Shown here: in pieces, positions 50,805-64,000 of the stretch
How positions within the stretch are numbered: the stretch's first letter is position 1
Layout: the number at the start of each line of letters is the position of its first letter
NCBI RefSeq assembly: GCF_021869535.1
Contig: NW_026262582.1
Span: 47,864,001 to 47,928,000, forward strand
DNA from: Mytilus californianus
Lineage: Eukaryota
Direction: 5' to 3'
DNA length: 64,000 nucleotides
Made by a program: the position numbers and the translations under genes
The notes under the pieces: model-generated
Databases searched by the model: none
Told to the model about the DNA's origin: nothing
What the model saw: the letters and a program-made list of their open reading frames with translations, nothing else

Positions 50805-53800
50805 GAATTGTTTTATATTTGTCATTTCGGGGCCTTTTTATATCTGACTATGCGGTATGGGCTTTGCTCATTGTTGAAGGCCGTACGGTGACCTCTACTT
50901 GTAAATATCTGTGTCATTTTGTGTACTTTTTTTGCAGATTTGTCTCATTGGCAATCATACCGCATCTTCCTTTTAATATAAACGTTTATTGTCCGGTAAA
51001 ATCACATTTGTACTGTAATTGCACGAAGGAAGAAATGAAATCAATTGTGAAAACACCAGTCATCCACTTTGTAATTTATTCATTATAATAACTTATAAAT
51101 AGGAGGTGTTAGGTTTTTTTGATCTCAGGGTTTTGTGACATTTTTACCAAGAAAAACGAATCATGTTTTCATTAATTTAAAAGGAACTAACATTTTTCTT
51201 TAAAACTTGAGAATCAGGATAGATTTTTAAAATTTTATCTCGCATAATTGTGCATAAAATCCGTGTTCTTGTTTTAGTAATTCAATCTGATAAATGGAGT
51301 AAAGACTTGTTTCTTGATTTCTATGTGTTTAAATAATACTGCATGTTTAATTCGTCAGTTTATTCTTTATCTATTATATTAATTTATTTTGCAATAATGT
51401 TATGTTTTTTTTCATATTCAAAAGTACAATCTGGGTTTTTTTTTTCATTCTCAAAAGATATAACAAACAGTCGCTCAAAACGATTTTATGTTGATATGTA
51501 ATGTAATTAATACTCGGATCGTTAACAACTCAATATATTATTTCTTCAATATTGCGCAGACAATTAATATGTCCATTAATGATAAATAAGAATAACGCTT
51601 GACCTAGTATTAGAACACCAACTTTTCGATCAACAAAAACATTAAAAAAAAACAACATCACGTAAGAACTAAATTTAAGATGCCGGTTTGAATTAATGAA
51701 CGATTGCACAAAAAAGCAAAGCATGCAAACAAACATCTTCAGATTATTAATTACGAGACAAGCAAGTAGCCATACTTTAAAACAGTTGTCTCATTGGCAA
51801 TTATACCCCATCTTTTCATTTTTATATTCTTTAGAGATCATTGGTATCTGTAAACAGATTCAATTCACCACACATTCTGTTTTTTTTTTGGCAGAACTAG
51901 AAATAGAATGAATTAATTGAAAATAGTTCTGATATATCGTGATATTGTCGATCATCTTATGTGTTCATTCTCTTATATAGGTTTCTTTAAATAGAAGGGG
52001 TGGGATTTGACGTTTTGATAACATATTTATCAATCAATATACGTTCTCATTATCTACATTATTAAACATTTCTGACAAAAGGGTATGTTTATCAGCTGTT
52101 TCAACTTTAGTAAACGGTAAGATACTTCCGAAAGGACTTCTACTGTATATCGTAAAGGTAGGTGGAACTAAAATGCGAAGTTGTCAAATTAGATTATAAG
52201 CAGATAACATTTTATTTTATTTTTCTCATTTTTATCGTTTAGTTTGTTAGCGGACAATGTACGTCAACATTAGTGCAAGGACACTTGGATACTTATTATC
52301 TGGTTTGATAAGTCATAACATACTGATAGTATATACCGATCAAAAACAGCTCGTTTTTATAGAATATGACTCAAAATTGGAAATTTGGCTTGAGAAAAAG
52401 TAATTGACTTTTGTAAGATTATAGATTAAACTTTATTTTGAATTCTTATTGTAATTTATCGTTTGATCTTTAAATTTACATTAGTCTAATATCAAAGTAT
52501 ATGCACCCTCTAATTGTATTAAAACGTTGAAAATTGTTTAACATTAATGTATAAAATCTCATGTTTTTGTTGACGTGTTCGTGTTACGATTTTCCAAATC
52601 GTCGATTCCAAAATGATTGGTTTCGGTATTGCCTCATCAAAATAGGTCTGTTACACTGCGTTAGTTATTGTTTGTCTATTGAAGAATTTAATAATGGTTT
52701 TAAGTAATTTACAGTAACGAAATCCCTGACTAAAAAAGTTACCAGTAATATATAGATTACGTTCATTATAAACCAAAGAAACGTGCATAGAGAACGAGTT
52801 GTGATATATAAACATCGTAAGATGGTGCAAAAGGAATATTACTATCCACAAATGGAAAATTAACAATAGCGAAAGAAAAATCGTCCCCTTTGTCCTAAAT
52901 TTTTCTGTAGAGTTTCCCGTGTAAAACTGAAATATATAAATCTCAGAAAGGCATGTTATTACCGTTATTATGTTAATTTCTCCTTACTATCATTACCATC
53001 AGTTATTTCGTCATTTGATATTTGCCCTACTGAAAATAGTTGTATTTTTACATCCTATTTACTATTTCTTTTGTTAGATATGTGAAATATGGTAGTACAC
53101 AAAACCTTTATTAAAGATAGCAAAACTGTAACATGTGTAATAACGTTTGGATATGTTATAAGAAATGCATATTGTTGTTGTTGGGATGTACAAGTACTTG
53201 GCCACGTCCACTGTGTGTTTTTGTTAGATGAATTTCTACATGTATCCATCTGATGAGTTGAGCCTTTTTCTACTATTTTTTATTTGTTCTTACGTTGTAC
53301 GGTATAACCACTGTCCAAGGTTAGGTGAGGGTTGAGCGCTCGTTAACATGTTAAACCCCACCACTTTCTGAATTTGCATGTCCCAAGTCAAGAGCCTGTA
53401 ATTCAGTGGTTGTTGTTTGTTTCTGTGTTACAAATTTGTTTTTCTTTCATAACTTTGTATATAAATTAGGCCGTTTGTTTACTCGATTGAATTGTTTTAT
53501 ATTTGTCATTTCGGGGCTTTTTATATCTGACTATGCGGTATGGGCTTTGCTCATTGTTGAAGGCCGTACGGTGACCTCTACTTGTTAATATCTGTGTCAT
53601 TTTGTGTACTTTTTTTACAGATTTGTCTCATTGGCAATCATACCGCATCATCTTTTTTATATAAACGTTTATTGTCCAGTAAAATCACATTTGTACTGTA
53701 ATTGCACGAAGCAAGAAATGAAATCAATTGTGAAAACACCAGTCATCCACTTTGTAATTAATTCATTATAATAACTTATAAATAGGAGGTGTTAGGTTTT

Positions 53801-54063
53801 TTTGATCTCAGGGTTTTGTGACATTTTTACCAAGAAAAACGAATCATGTTTTCATTAATTTAAAAGGAACTAACATTTTTCTTTAAAACTTGAGAATCAG
53901 GATAGATTTTTAAAATTTTATCTCGCATAATTGTGCATAAAATCCGTGTTCTTGTTTTAGTAATTCAATCTGATAAATGGAGTAAAGACTTGTTTCTTGA
54001 TTTCTATGTGTTTAAATAATACTGCATGTTTAATTCGTCAGTTTATTCTTTATCTATTATATT
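50805..54063 (+). repeat. Direct duplication of about 575 bp (50805-51380 and 53489-54063)
   Basis: Near-identical blocks that start with a PLE 3' terminus and continue about 400 bp beyond it. Confidence 0.88.
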
Positions 54064-56657
54064 TTGACCACATGTAACACATTTATGTGTCTGAGCGTTT
54101 TTAATAAATCTTGTAAACTCTTGTTATCTTGTATAAAATCTTAAAGGAATATTTGTGATTTTACTTTTTAAGATAGACAAAGGTATAGAAAACCCCGATT
54201 GACAACAAACACAATTACTATCAAATGATGTTTAGCAAAATGCATTTTAATCGGGATAAATAATGACTTGACAGAGATTATTATTTTAAGCCTTGGAGCA
54301 CTTTTCCTTGAAACATCGTATCATCCGGTTTGAAAAGAATGACCTATCGTTCTGCATGAAAATAACTCCATATAAGTTACTATATTCCTGAAACTACACA
54401 TTATTGTCATGAATAAACTCACCATAACTTGACTTTTTTTCAGTTGTTAGAAAAAAATGAATTTTGGTTTCAACCATAGATTTTAGAATATATAGCAAAA
54501 ACAAAAGATGATTTTTTTATTTTTACACACATGTATACACATATATATAGCTGCATACAAAACGTGCATTCAAATTAATATCATTCATAAAAAACTGTAA
54601 AATGAATAATATCATTTTAGGTTTTAAACAAACATATGGATTTCATATTATTACTACGTACATATAAACTTTTAATTTATCAAAATGATAAATAGTTTAT
54701 CAATGCTATCAATCATCACAGTAAGGATCCTTCAAGTTTTGAGACCTATTTGATCTCAAACCTGATTGTTCAAATAATTTGAACGTCATAAAAAAATATG
54801 TACGGCATGACAGATCCGCAATCAAATTCTCATGACATAACATGTTTTTCAAAACAGTATGCGTAATATTGAAATATATTGAAACATCACTTAGGTAAAC
54901 CAAATCCTAATGTTTGCTTCTATATACATTACGTTCAAAAATATACCTATAATTGTAAGGCAATGTTGTGACAGTTAAGAGATAAGCATTGAGCTTCGTA
55001 CTTTAATACTTAAATAGTGAAAAGATTTAAATAAGTTGAAAATGCTCTTCAACAATGTTTTATATAAAAAAAACTAACATTTAAAGCTTTATACGGATCA
55101 GTAGGCATGCGACTCAGGGCACTAGCTGAATTCATGAGCGAAGTCCGACCCCGTAACACATATGTTATTTTGCAAACGTTCTTTTATATCTGCCACTAGT
55201 ATATAAATGTATCCTGCAATGTAAATATATGGATTATTATATTTTTATTTAAGAATTAATTAAATACTTCTTTAATACTTTTATTGGGGAGTAAAATCTT
55301 TGACCGAAGCACATTTTGATTGAAGCGCGAAAGGGCTTCATACTAAACGTGTGCGCACGATCAACTCTTTTACAATCATATAAAGTTATAAAAAGATGTA
55401 GTCAATTCTTACAATTACATTCTTATGATACAGCCATGAATATAAGAGGTTTACACAACTTTTTTTTTCTATTCATTGTTTTAAAATTGTCGTGCTTAGC
55501 ACTTACACTCAAAGCTGTTATATTCTACACGTTAATAAAAGGTGATATTTTGGTGCCTTGCAATTGTTGTCAGCCAAACAAATAATAAATCTATAAGGAT
55601 GTTAATAAAACATACATGACAATACTGCGTTGAAAACCTCTTCATGGCCTTGGGCTGTTTTCTACTCTTTGGTTGGAATGTTGTCTCTTTGAGACATGCC
55701 CCATTTCTATTCTCAATTTGATGTAATGAAGTATTTTAATGTTATTTCTTTTTTAAGCTTTGTATTACATGTATTAACAAAACGTTCGTTTGTCAAAGAA
55801 AACCAGCATACCTGTGGTGTATTGATGAGGGCGTTATAAATAAGACTTAGATACACACATTGGAAATAATATCTCTCTCGAACATATTTTGATCAAAATC
55901 GTTTTCTGGCATTTGTTCAACAACTATTCAACAATGTTCACAAAACACGAAAACAATATTTACTTTATATTTACATGTATGCTTTAGTATACAATTCAAG
56001 TATCGTGTATTTCATCAGAATAAAATAAATTATTTTTTATAGACAGTATAGTCAAAACAAGTACTTTTTTTTAAGTTACTTATATAGGTAATTTTTGTTT
56101 TTGAAAATTATTAAATTAATCAACAGAGTTATCTTAAATTTCAACAGAAGCATGGACTAAATGTAGTTCTTTATAAATTTTCACACCATTATATCATAAA
56201 ATAAAAATTTATTAAATTTGAGAGGAATATAGAGAGAAACGGTTACTTTAAAAAATGATTACAAAAATATTACATGAATAAGTAATGTTATACATCTTTG
56301 AAAGAATTAGAAATTGCAATTATTTAAGGAACATATGTACATGTTTTGTGTTACAAATTATAAATAACTTCAAGTCTTAATTAAATCACAAGTTTCTATC
56401 TATTTATATCTGTTTACCTGCAAGATTTTAGATGAAAAAAAATATTTGAGTAGTCCAAAGAGACCATTGTTTGACCTAGAAGCGTAGGAAATTGATTTTT
56501 ATAACTATCCTTCAAATGTTTAAAAGATGCGTATAAGTAATCAGTAAAATAAATATTTTCATTTCACAACAATTTTAAGATACATCTGCTTAAACCTTTG
56601 ACCAATCCCCAAACAGTAGTAATATTTATCAATTTGTGGATTTTGTGGATCTTTCCT

Positions 56658-56660
<3 letters not shown>

Positions 56661-56716
<56 letters not shown>
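56661..56716. repeat. (CT)28 microsatellite
   Basis: Perfect dinucleotide run. Confidence 0.97.
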
Positions 56717-56719
<3 letters not shown>

Positions 56720-58254
56720 GTACTTTATACATGCTTTAATCAAATATTTCACATATGAACCTTAAACTAAAAAAAAAAATATATGCAATAAATTCATATC
56801 CAGAACTTTATCTTTTTGTACACTTATTTCAATAAATATATTTAAAAGCTTTCCAAGGAAGACTGCAATGCCTCCAATATTTTCTCTATGCATTGTTTTC
56901 CATATTGTGGCTAATTGCGGCAAGCTTAAGAGGAATATTCTAAAACGACCGTCCGTGCATTGTTTCGTAACACTATAAAGGACACAAAAACCTTACACTA
57001 ACTTCCAACAATCATACAAATGGTAGTACAGTGAGGGTTAGAAACTTTTTTTTTTAAAGTCAAAGGACAAAGTCATACTACTAATATTAAGTAAGTACGA
57101 AATTCGAGACAACTGACATGTTACAATACCAGTTTTTTTCATTATCATGCCTTATACCCTCATGTAGTTCCAATTTTGTAATTTTGTAAAGGAAATTAAA
57201 TTGCCAACCAAAAATATGGATTACATATATATGATGATAGATGTGTCGAGAAGACCCATTACAATTTTTAAAGGGTAAGTAATAAAAATGTTTTTTGTCT
57301 TCTTTATATTCTAAATTATTAAACTTGGAAGCTTTTTGAAATCTGATGTAAAAGATCACAATATGACGGGAAGTTCATCTGGTTAAAGACAAAAAAGTTG
57401 ACAACCAAGTACTATTCCATTGACATTTAGTCGTTATCTGCTTTCCTGTTCTTATTTTGTAATTATAATATGATAATGCTGGAAATATGAACAAGAAGAA
57501 ACCGATTACAATAATGTGCTTAATTCTAATATTCGTGTTTTCTTAGACATATATTTATTTGCTCGATAGATGCCAGACATTTCAAACAAAAATAAAACAA
57601 TATAATCACCTGACAACTGACATAAGTAATCCAAGCTACACGATGGCATGACTTCTATATTATCGATACCAAAACTACACAATACCAAAGGAATGTGCAT
57701 CGGACAAATCAAAGTGTGTTTATTTCGGTACATGTGACAATGTAACATAAAGCTTTTAAAATCATTAATGGTGTTAGATTTATTTCTGCAAAAGATGTCG
57801 AATCTGTATTTCTTTATTTTTAAAGATAACCTGTTACACCTCGACAGTAACATAGATACATCGAATTCCCATATCAAATCAGTATTTGATATATAAGTTT
57901 GGTCATTGTAAGAAAAGGAAACTGTGTAAACATGTACATATCAATGCCAGAAAAAAGTTAAGGAATGATCAACCAAACAAAATACAAAAATCTTTTTAAT
58001 GGTGTTTAAATATTAAAAAGTATTTATACAGATTTCAGGCTACTGCCCGGAGTGTACATTGGGCATGTTGGAGAATGTAATTAACAGAGACAAACAAATT
58101 AATTTAAAACTGTAAACATTAATTTTACAAAAGCAATGTGATATCTTCATTGTAAGCCGAAAGATGGTGTCATGCAGCAAAACATCACGATATTGCAGTG
58201 CGCTTGTTTTGTTGTTTTTTTGTTGTTTTTTTGTTATCATATACAATATGAGTT

Positions 58255-58900
58255 ATATAAAAAAGAAGATGTGGTATGATTGCCAATGAGACAACTCTCC
58301 ACAAGAGACCAAATGACACAGAAATTAACAACTGTAGGTCACCGTACGGCCTTCAACAATGAGCAAAGCCCATACCGCATAGTCAGCTATAAAAGGCCCC
58401 GAAATCACAAATGTAGAACAATTCAAACGAGAAAACTAACGGCCTAATTAATGTACACAAAAATGAACGAAAAACAAATATGTAACATAGATATAAGAAG
58501 ATGTGGTATGAGTGCCAATGAGACAACTCTCCATCCAAGTCAAAATTTAAAAAAGTAAACCATTATAGGTCACAGTACGGTCTTCAACACGGAGCCTTGG
58601 CTCACACCGAACAGCAAGTTGGAAAGGGCCCCCAAAATTACTAGTGTAAAACCATTCAAACGGGAAAACCAACGGTCTAATCTATATAAAAAACGAGAAA
58701 CGAGAAACACTTATGAACCACATCAACAAACGACAACTACTGAACATCAGATTCCTGACTTAGGACAGGTGCAAACAAATGCAGCGGGTTTAAACGTTTT
58801 AATGGTACCAAACCTTCACCCTTTTTCTGAAACAATAGTGTAACATCACAACATAGAAAGACACACTATAAAATATCAACTGGAATAGCTTAACTCAATC
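58255..58900 (-). mobile_element. Two tandem PLE 3'-terminal fragments
   Basis: aagaagatgtggtatgattgccaatgagacaactctcc at about 58263 and a variant at about 58495. Confidence 0.7.
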
Positions 58901-59385
58901 AAAGGACATATTAACACCATTGAACACACACTGAACAAATACATTTGACCTATGATACAATGTAAATACAAAATAAATAAACTAAGGGAAGAATAATAAA
59001 AGTAACATGTTATATCGGTATGAAATGTTAAACAATTAAAGAAAAACAATCTGCTCGACAAAAATATCAGCCGTTTGCAATAACTTTAAACACAGGTAAA
59101 TGAAAATAATTTTGTTGTTAGGTATACGTATACAGTACCAATAGAGAAAGGAAATATTTTTACAAAATAAATAATTTTGATGTTCATAGTACGAAGTGAA
59201 AATTTATAGTAATACCAAACACTTATAAAAGCTGGTATATAGACCAGATTTAACCCTGAATAACATTAAATAACATAAAAGCAATACATAAGTATCAACA
59301 GGTCAAATAATCAAGAAAGTACGATTTGAGAGTACTCGCAGTTACTGACAGCTAGTTAAAAGCCAAAACAATTAATAATAAAAAA

Positions 59386-59470
59386 TCATGCATCAGAGAC
59401 TAAAATCAACTAAAACACATCCCAGGGATTTAGTATTTTAACGTCATGGACAGTCAAAGAAGACATGACT
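59386..59470 (-). ncRNA. Type II SECIS element in an ORF-less PLE 3' fragment (third sequence family)
   Basis: A-UGAC GUUAAAAUAC U-AA-AUCC cug GGAU GUGUUUUAGU UGAU: 10-bp helix II, all Watson-Crick or G.U, and helix I gacu/aguc. Confidence 0.8.
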
Positions 59471-60517
59471 AGTGCAATGCCAAAAATAATGTTTACTATT
59501 CGGTTTTTTTTTCTTGCAGTAATTATGTTTTTTTTTTCTTTTTTTTTTGCAATGTATCTATCAACAATGAACTTGTTAATATTGAAATAAGGTAATTCAC
59601 GAACCAAGATATTGTCCATCTTTTAAAATAAACTGAAATGATTGTCACACATTTATCAGAGATTATATATTCAATACATTTAATATTGATACACAGCGAT
59701 AAATCTGAACATGATAATTCGACTATTTCAAAAATCTGCACGAATCGAGTCATTCTTATAATTTTTTTTACAAAATGATGATGTCATATACTTTTGAGTT
59801 TTCGCAAAATAAGTGTGTAATGTGTGTTTCGGGGATTATGTAAGATCACATATCCTTTCTTCAGCAATTCGATAGCAATCAATCGTTTGTGAGATACCAC
59901 ATACAAACTATGCATAGGGGTAAATTCAGTAACAAATCTCACGTTGACATCAATGCATCCCTATTTATATATTAACATTTGTTCTTTGTGTAGATCAATA
60001 AATTAGAAACTTTGATGTATCATTTTTTTTTATTCTGAATGCAGCCTCATCTTTTGCTACAATCCAAACATTCTGTGGACTATTCGTCAGGCATTGTTTA
60101 AAACAAAATAGATTTGGACTTAATTCCTTCAATGACCTCCGTTACTTTTTAACCCTGTAGTAAACAAAAACATTCAGCATTTATCTTTTTTTCATTTACC
60201 CTAAATTTGTTCAATCTGATCAATAATTTTTTTAAATGTATTAACCATTCAATGAAGCACAGGTCCTCAATATTTCCAAGAGAGCTCTCCTTCAAAGGAA
60301 GGGTGTTATTGATGACGTATATCTATTTACTGAAACTATCATTATATTTACTTCACGGTGTGCACAAGAGTTATTGTCCTTGATATTACCCAATATAAAA
60401 TGACATATTTTAAAATAAGTAATATATAACAGTTTCATGTGTTTTTTTCAAGCATTTGATATTTGGTCTTATAATATTTCACAGTCCAACGGTAGAATAA
60501 CATACCACGGTTAGTAA

Positions 60518-60986
60518 AGGTATAGAACCACTAATTAAGGCCTGGTCGGAAAGAACATACAAGAAAGTAGTTCATATTTTAAACAAAATAGTTCCTAGCA
60601 TAGCTGTATCTTTGTCAATAGGTGGAGTATTTGGGTAGTTTTTGGTATCAAATGAAAGCTTGGGACTTGGAATCACTGTAGAACCCTTGTTGAAAGTTTC
60701 TTTTGAATAATAAAGAAGTATATACAATGTTAATAAGAGGGCACATTTGCCCTGTTGTTCAGATCAGAAGTACCTGTTTTGTACTATCAAACTTCCGGGA
60801 ACCAGTACTTTCTAATATGCAAATAAAGGCATGTTGAATTTTTCAGCACAAGTCAGGATAAGGTTTAGTTTTGACATGAAATAACTGCTACTTTATTTGA
60901 ACTTAAGACAAAGTAGCCATTAATGCTTGAAATTGCAGAATTTAACATAGAAAGCAACGGGGCTATGAATTAGTGGTTTTATACCT
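60518..60986. mobile_element. MITE, about 470 bp, copy 1
   Basis: TIRs aggtatagaaccactaatt / aattagtggttttatacct. Confidence 0.8.
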
Positions 60987-61857
60987 ATTACTGAAAGGCA
61001 TGTGAAATTCTATTTTTAGAAATCATACCCTTTACAATAAAAATTAGTCACATTTGTTGTCAGTTATCATGTTTTTTATTTTTATTTTTTTTAAATTATG
61101 TTGGAGACAAATTACAACCCTCAAATTGCTACAATAAGGTATTTCAGCCTTTTTTTATCATTTAGCATGCACACAGTTAAGATTTTACCTGAAGTTTAAA
61201 TTTTTGCATTACCTAAGACTGAAACCAATGAAACATGTATATTATGACTTGTTAATAGTATAAATATTGCTTTTGGTCAAATTATCTAGTGAGTGTTCAT
61301 TTTTTATTGGGTTTCTTAGTGAATCATTTATTTCAAATGAAATTGATGTATACTTATATAGGATTTCCAAAATCCCACTTAAAATGCATTTTATAACCAG
61401 TTTAGCAAGTTGTTTAGCTGGGAGATACATAAATTGCTCTTGTTGATCCATGTTTATACATAAAGGTATGTTTTTTACCAAATCACTCTCCTTTTTCAAC
61501 ATGTAGAAAAAACGGGGGGTCAAAATTATCTATTATTTTTTATGTTTGGACCACTGTATTTATATTCAAGGAAGAATCTTTGATGAAGATAAGGCACATA
61601 TGTAAGGACACTGTTATTTGAGTAGATATTAACAAATAAGGACTGGTAAACATTGAAAAAGTGTCATATCTGTCATTATAAGTATACATATGGAGTTTTC
61701 TTTGTATAACGCATATGTTACTACCAGTCCAATTTGAGCTTGAATTCAGTGATATTGTGTTTTGACTAAAGCTTTATGTGTTTTTCTATGCTAGAAATAG
61801 ATCATAGAAGGAAATTAAGTCTAGCAAAAGTCAATATAACAAGTTAAGTGCTGGTAT

Positions 61858-62327
61858 AGGTATAGAACCACTAATTAAGGCCTGGTCGGAAAGAACATAC
61901 AAGAAAGTAGTACATATTTTAAACAAAATAGTTCCTACGCATAGCTGTATCTTTGTCAATAGATGGAGTATTTGAGTAGTTTTGGTATCAAATGAAAGCT
62001 TGGGGACTTGGAATCACTGTAGAACCCTTGTTGAAAGTTTCTTTTGAATAATAAAGAAGTATATACAATTTTAATAGGAGGGCACATTTGCCCTGTTGTT
62101 CAGATCAGAAGTACCTGTTTTGTACTATCAAACTTCCGGGAACCAGTACTCTCTTATATACAATTAAAGGTATGTTGAATTTTTCAGCACAAGTCAGGAT
62201 AAGGCTTAGTTTTGACATGAAATAACTGCTACTTTATTTGAACTTAAGACAAAGTAGCCATTAATGCTTGAAATTGCAGAATTTAACATAGAAAGCAATG
62301 AGGCTATGAATTAGTGGTTTTATACCT
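61858..62327. mobile_element. MITE, about 470 bp, copy 2
   Basis: Near-identical to 60518-60986, with the same TIRs but different flanks. Confidence 0.8.
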
Positions 62328-64000
62328 AAAGGGAATACTCTCTCACCACATACAACATATATATGTATATTATTGTTTTCATCGTTGGGTTACTCTCTCG
62401 CTGGGTTTATTTCAAAGTTCCGTTACATCAGATCTCTCGTACTAGTGTTTAATTGTTGCTACTGATATATTTGGGTTGCTGCATCATTGAACTAAATTCT
62501 CAACTCTTTTTTAAATCTTAATGTAAATTTACAAGTGGACATTGCATTCATAATGTCAACAATTTAAAAGACAATGGGAAATTTTCTAATAAAAATGATA
62601 AACTCGTTTATCAATTATATGATTGATAACGAAAACAACTTCATCATATATATGAGTTAGGTTATCTTTAAACCCCTTCTTTACATACAAGTGTTTATTG
62701 AAATATAATTCCCTTCATTCAACATTCTGATTTATATTAAAAGGACACTATGATTAATAATAATTTAGGCATTTATTAATACTTAGTGGTTAAGAAGGTC
62801 ATGGGAAAAATTCTAGACTTTAGATATTGATAAATGTAGTATTGCTTTAATCTGTTATCTAAACTACTAAAATAACGCGATCCAATTTGTTAGTCGGCAT
62901 GACGTAAAAACGACGAATAAAAAAATTCAACTGTATATGTAACTTAAATAGAACAAATGTGTTTATTTTCAGGCCATTTTGTTTTCAACCAAATTTGTAT
63001 TACAAATAATCAACATGTTTCCAGTCTAATCCGATACCGAATAGAAAAGTATATGTCCCATGTTACCAGTTACCTGCTGCTTAATGTGTACGTTCCGCCT
63101 TACAGTTTGTGATTTGCTATATACACGGATCATAATCACAGATTATAGTTAGAATACCAGGACGGATTCATACAGAAAAAATTTGAAAGCAGAGCAAACA
63201 TGTGCACCTTATATTTAGCATGACTTTATCAAATGACAATAAAAAATATTAAAAATTCAAGCAAAGAAAAAGTCGTAGGTACTTTAATTCAGTCAAGGAC
63301 CCGCGTTCTAGTAGTATATAATAAAACTAATTATATATTCTTTGACAGTATGCATATAGTTCTTTTTCAATTTGAACGTTATTCCTTGATCTTGATTCAA
63401 ATCATAACTTTAATGTGTTATACAATAAAATATTGATATTTTTTTTACATTAAGGTACATAGAACGGTATAATCCATATTGGTGTGAAGCAGGGCATATT
63501 TGTTTACGTTGACAAAATAAAAATCTCGTTACACTTTTTTATGTGCACCCTGACGAAAAATAATTTAGGAACGCGAATCAGATGCACAACAATTCATTTA
63601 AAACGAGTAATATACAACAGAACTAGGTTCGGAACTAGTTTGTATTAAGTTATACGTGGTTATCATGCTTACAGTGTTATTTCATTTATCTTTTTTCAAA
63701 AGTATTTATTTCATTTTTAATCTCTCAAGCTTTTACGCTTTCGTTGTAATCGTTAGACAGGTGAAGTCGTGATCAAGATTTGTTCAAATGAATTTTGAAA
63801 ATGAAGACTGTATAATAGGTCAATATCTCTTGGATGTAGTTTCTAGCTATATTCTTTGAACAAATTTTGAATGGAAAAAAAAAAAAAACGATTCGACGAA
63901 TAAACGGGATAGGATCCATAACAATTCATAACAATGTGAAAACATATTTTTACAACTTGTACAAAATGAAGTATGTAACGGAAACTTATATAATTTGTTC

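Noticed and set aside
53245-53275. CTGATGAG (also at about 44920, and CTGACGAG at about 46857) as hammerhead ribozyme cores
   Set aside because: No properly placed GAAA with a stem II or cleavage triplet could be folded.
56564-56752. ORF with an ER dipeptide run
   Set aside because: Translation of the (CT)28 microsatellite.
57340-58080. Possible exons (YDGKFIW-like peptide; cag|GCTACTGCCCGGAG...)
   Set aside because: Frames close quickly and no consistent exon chain or domain can be built.
59570-61560. Possible decayed minus-strand coding region next to a cagtggtccaaa terminus
   Set aside because: Many stops and frameshifts, no partner TIR and no confident domain; a tBLASTx or HMM search is needed.

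Overview
AT-rich eukaryotic genomic DNA; the repeat content suggests a bivalve, probably a mytilid mussel (inference). One host gene can be reconstructed on the + strand, open at its 5' end. It is a large single-pass membrane mucin: Thr-rich PTS exon (1-4558), SEA-like module, EGF domain, transmembrane helix and cytoplasmic tail, in about 10 exons ending near 48906. Its introns are packed with mobile DNA: a near-intact Tc1 (DD34E), a decayed intron-containing Crypton-type tyrosine recombinase, an RTE/RTEX-like LINE, Helentron-type non-autonomous elements, MITEs and many Penelope-like element (PLE) pieces. The main result is a set of Naiad-type PLEs (N-terminal GIY-YIG, then RT) that look selenocysteine-recoded. 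In-frame TGA codons sit on conserved Cys positions, and one is shared by two divergent families. Their 3' UTRs fold into canonical type II SECIS hairpins with different sequence but the same structure. A conserved 17-mer lies 56-59 nt further downstream. Other points of interest are a GA (not GT) splice donor inside the EGF domain and asymmetric hairpin-ended elements next to the Crypton. All alignments and folds were done by eye.
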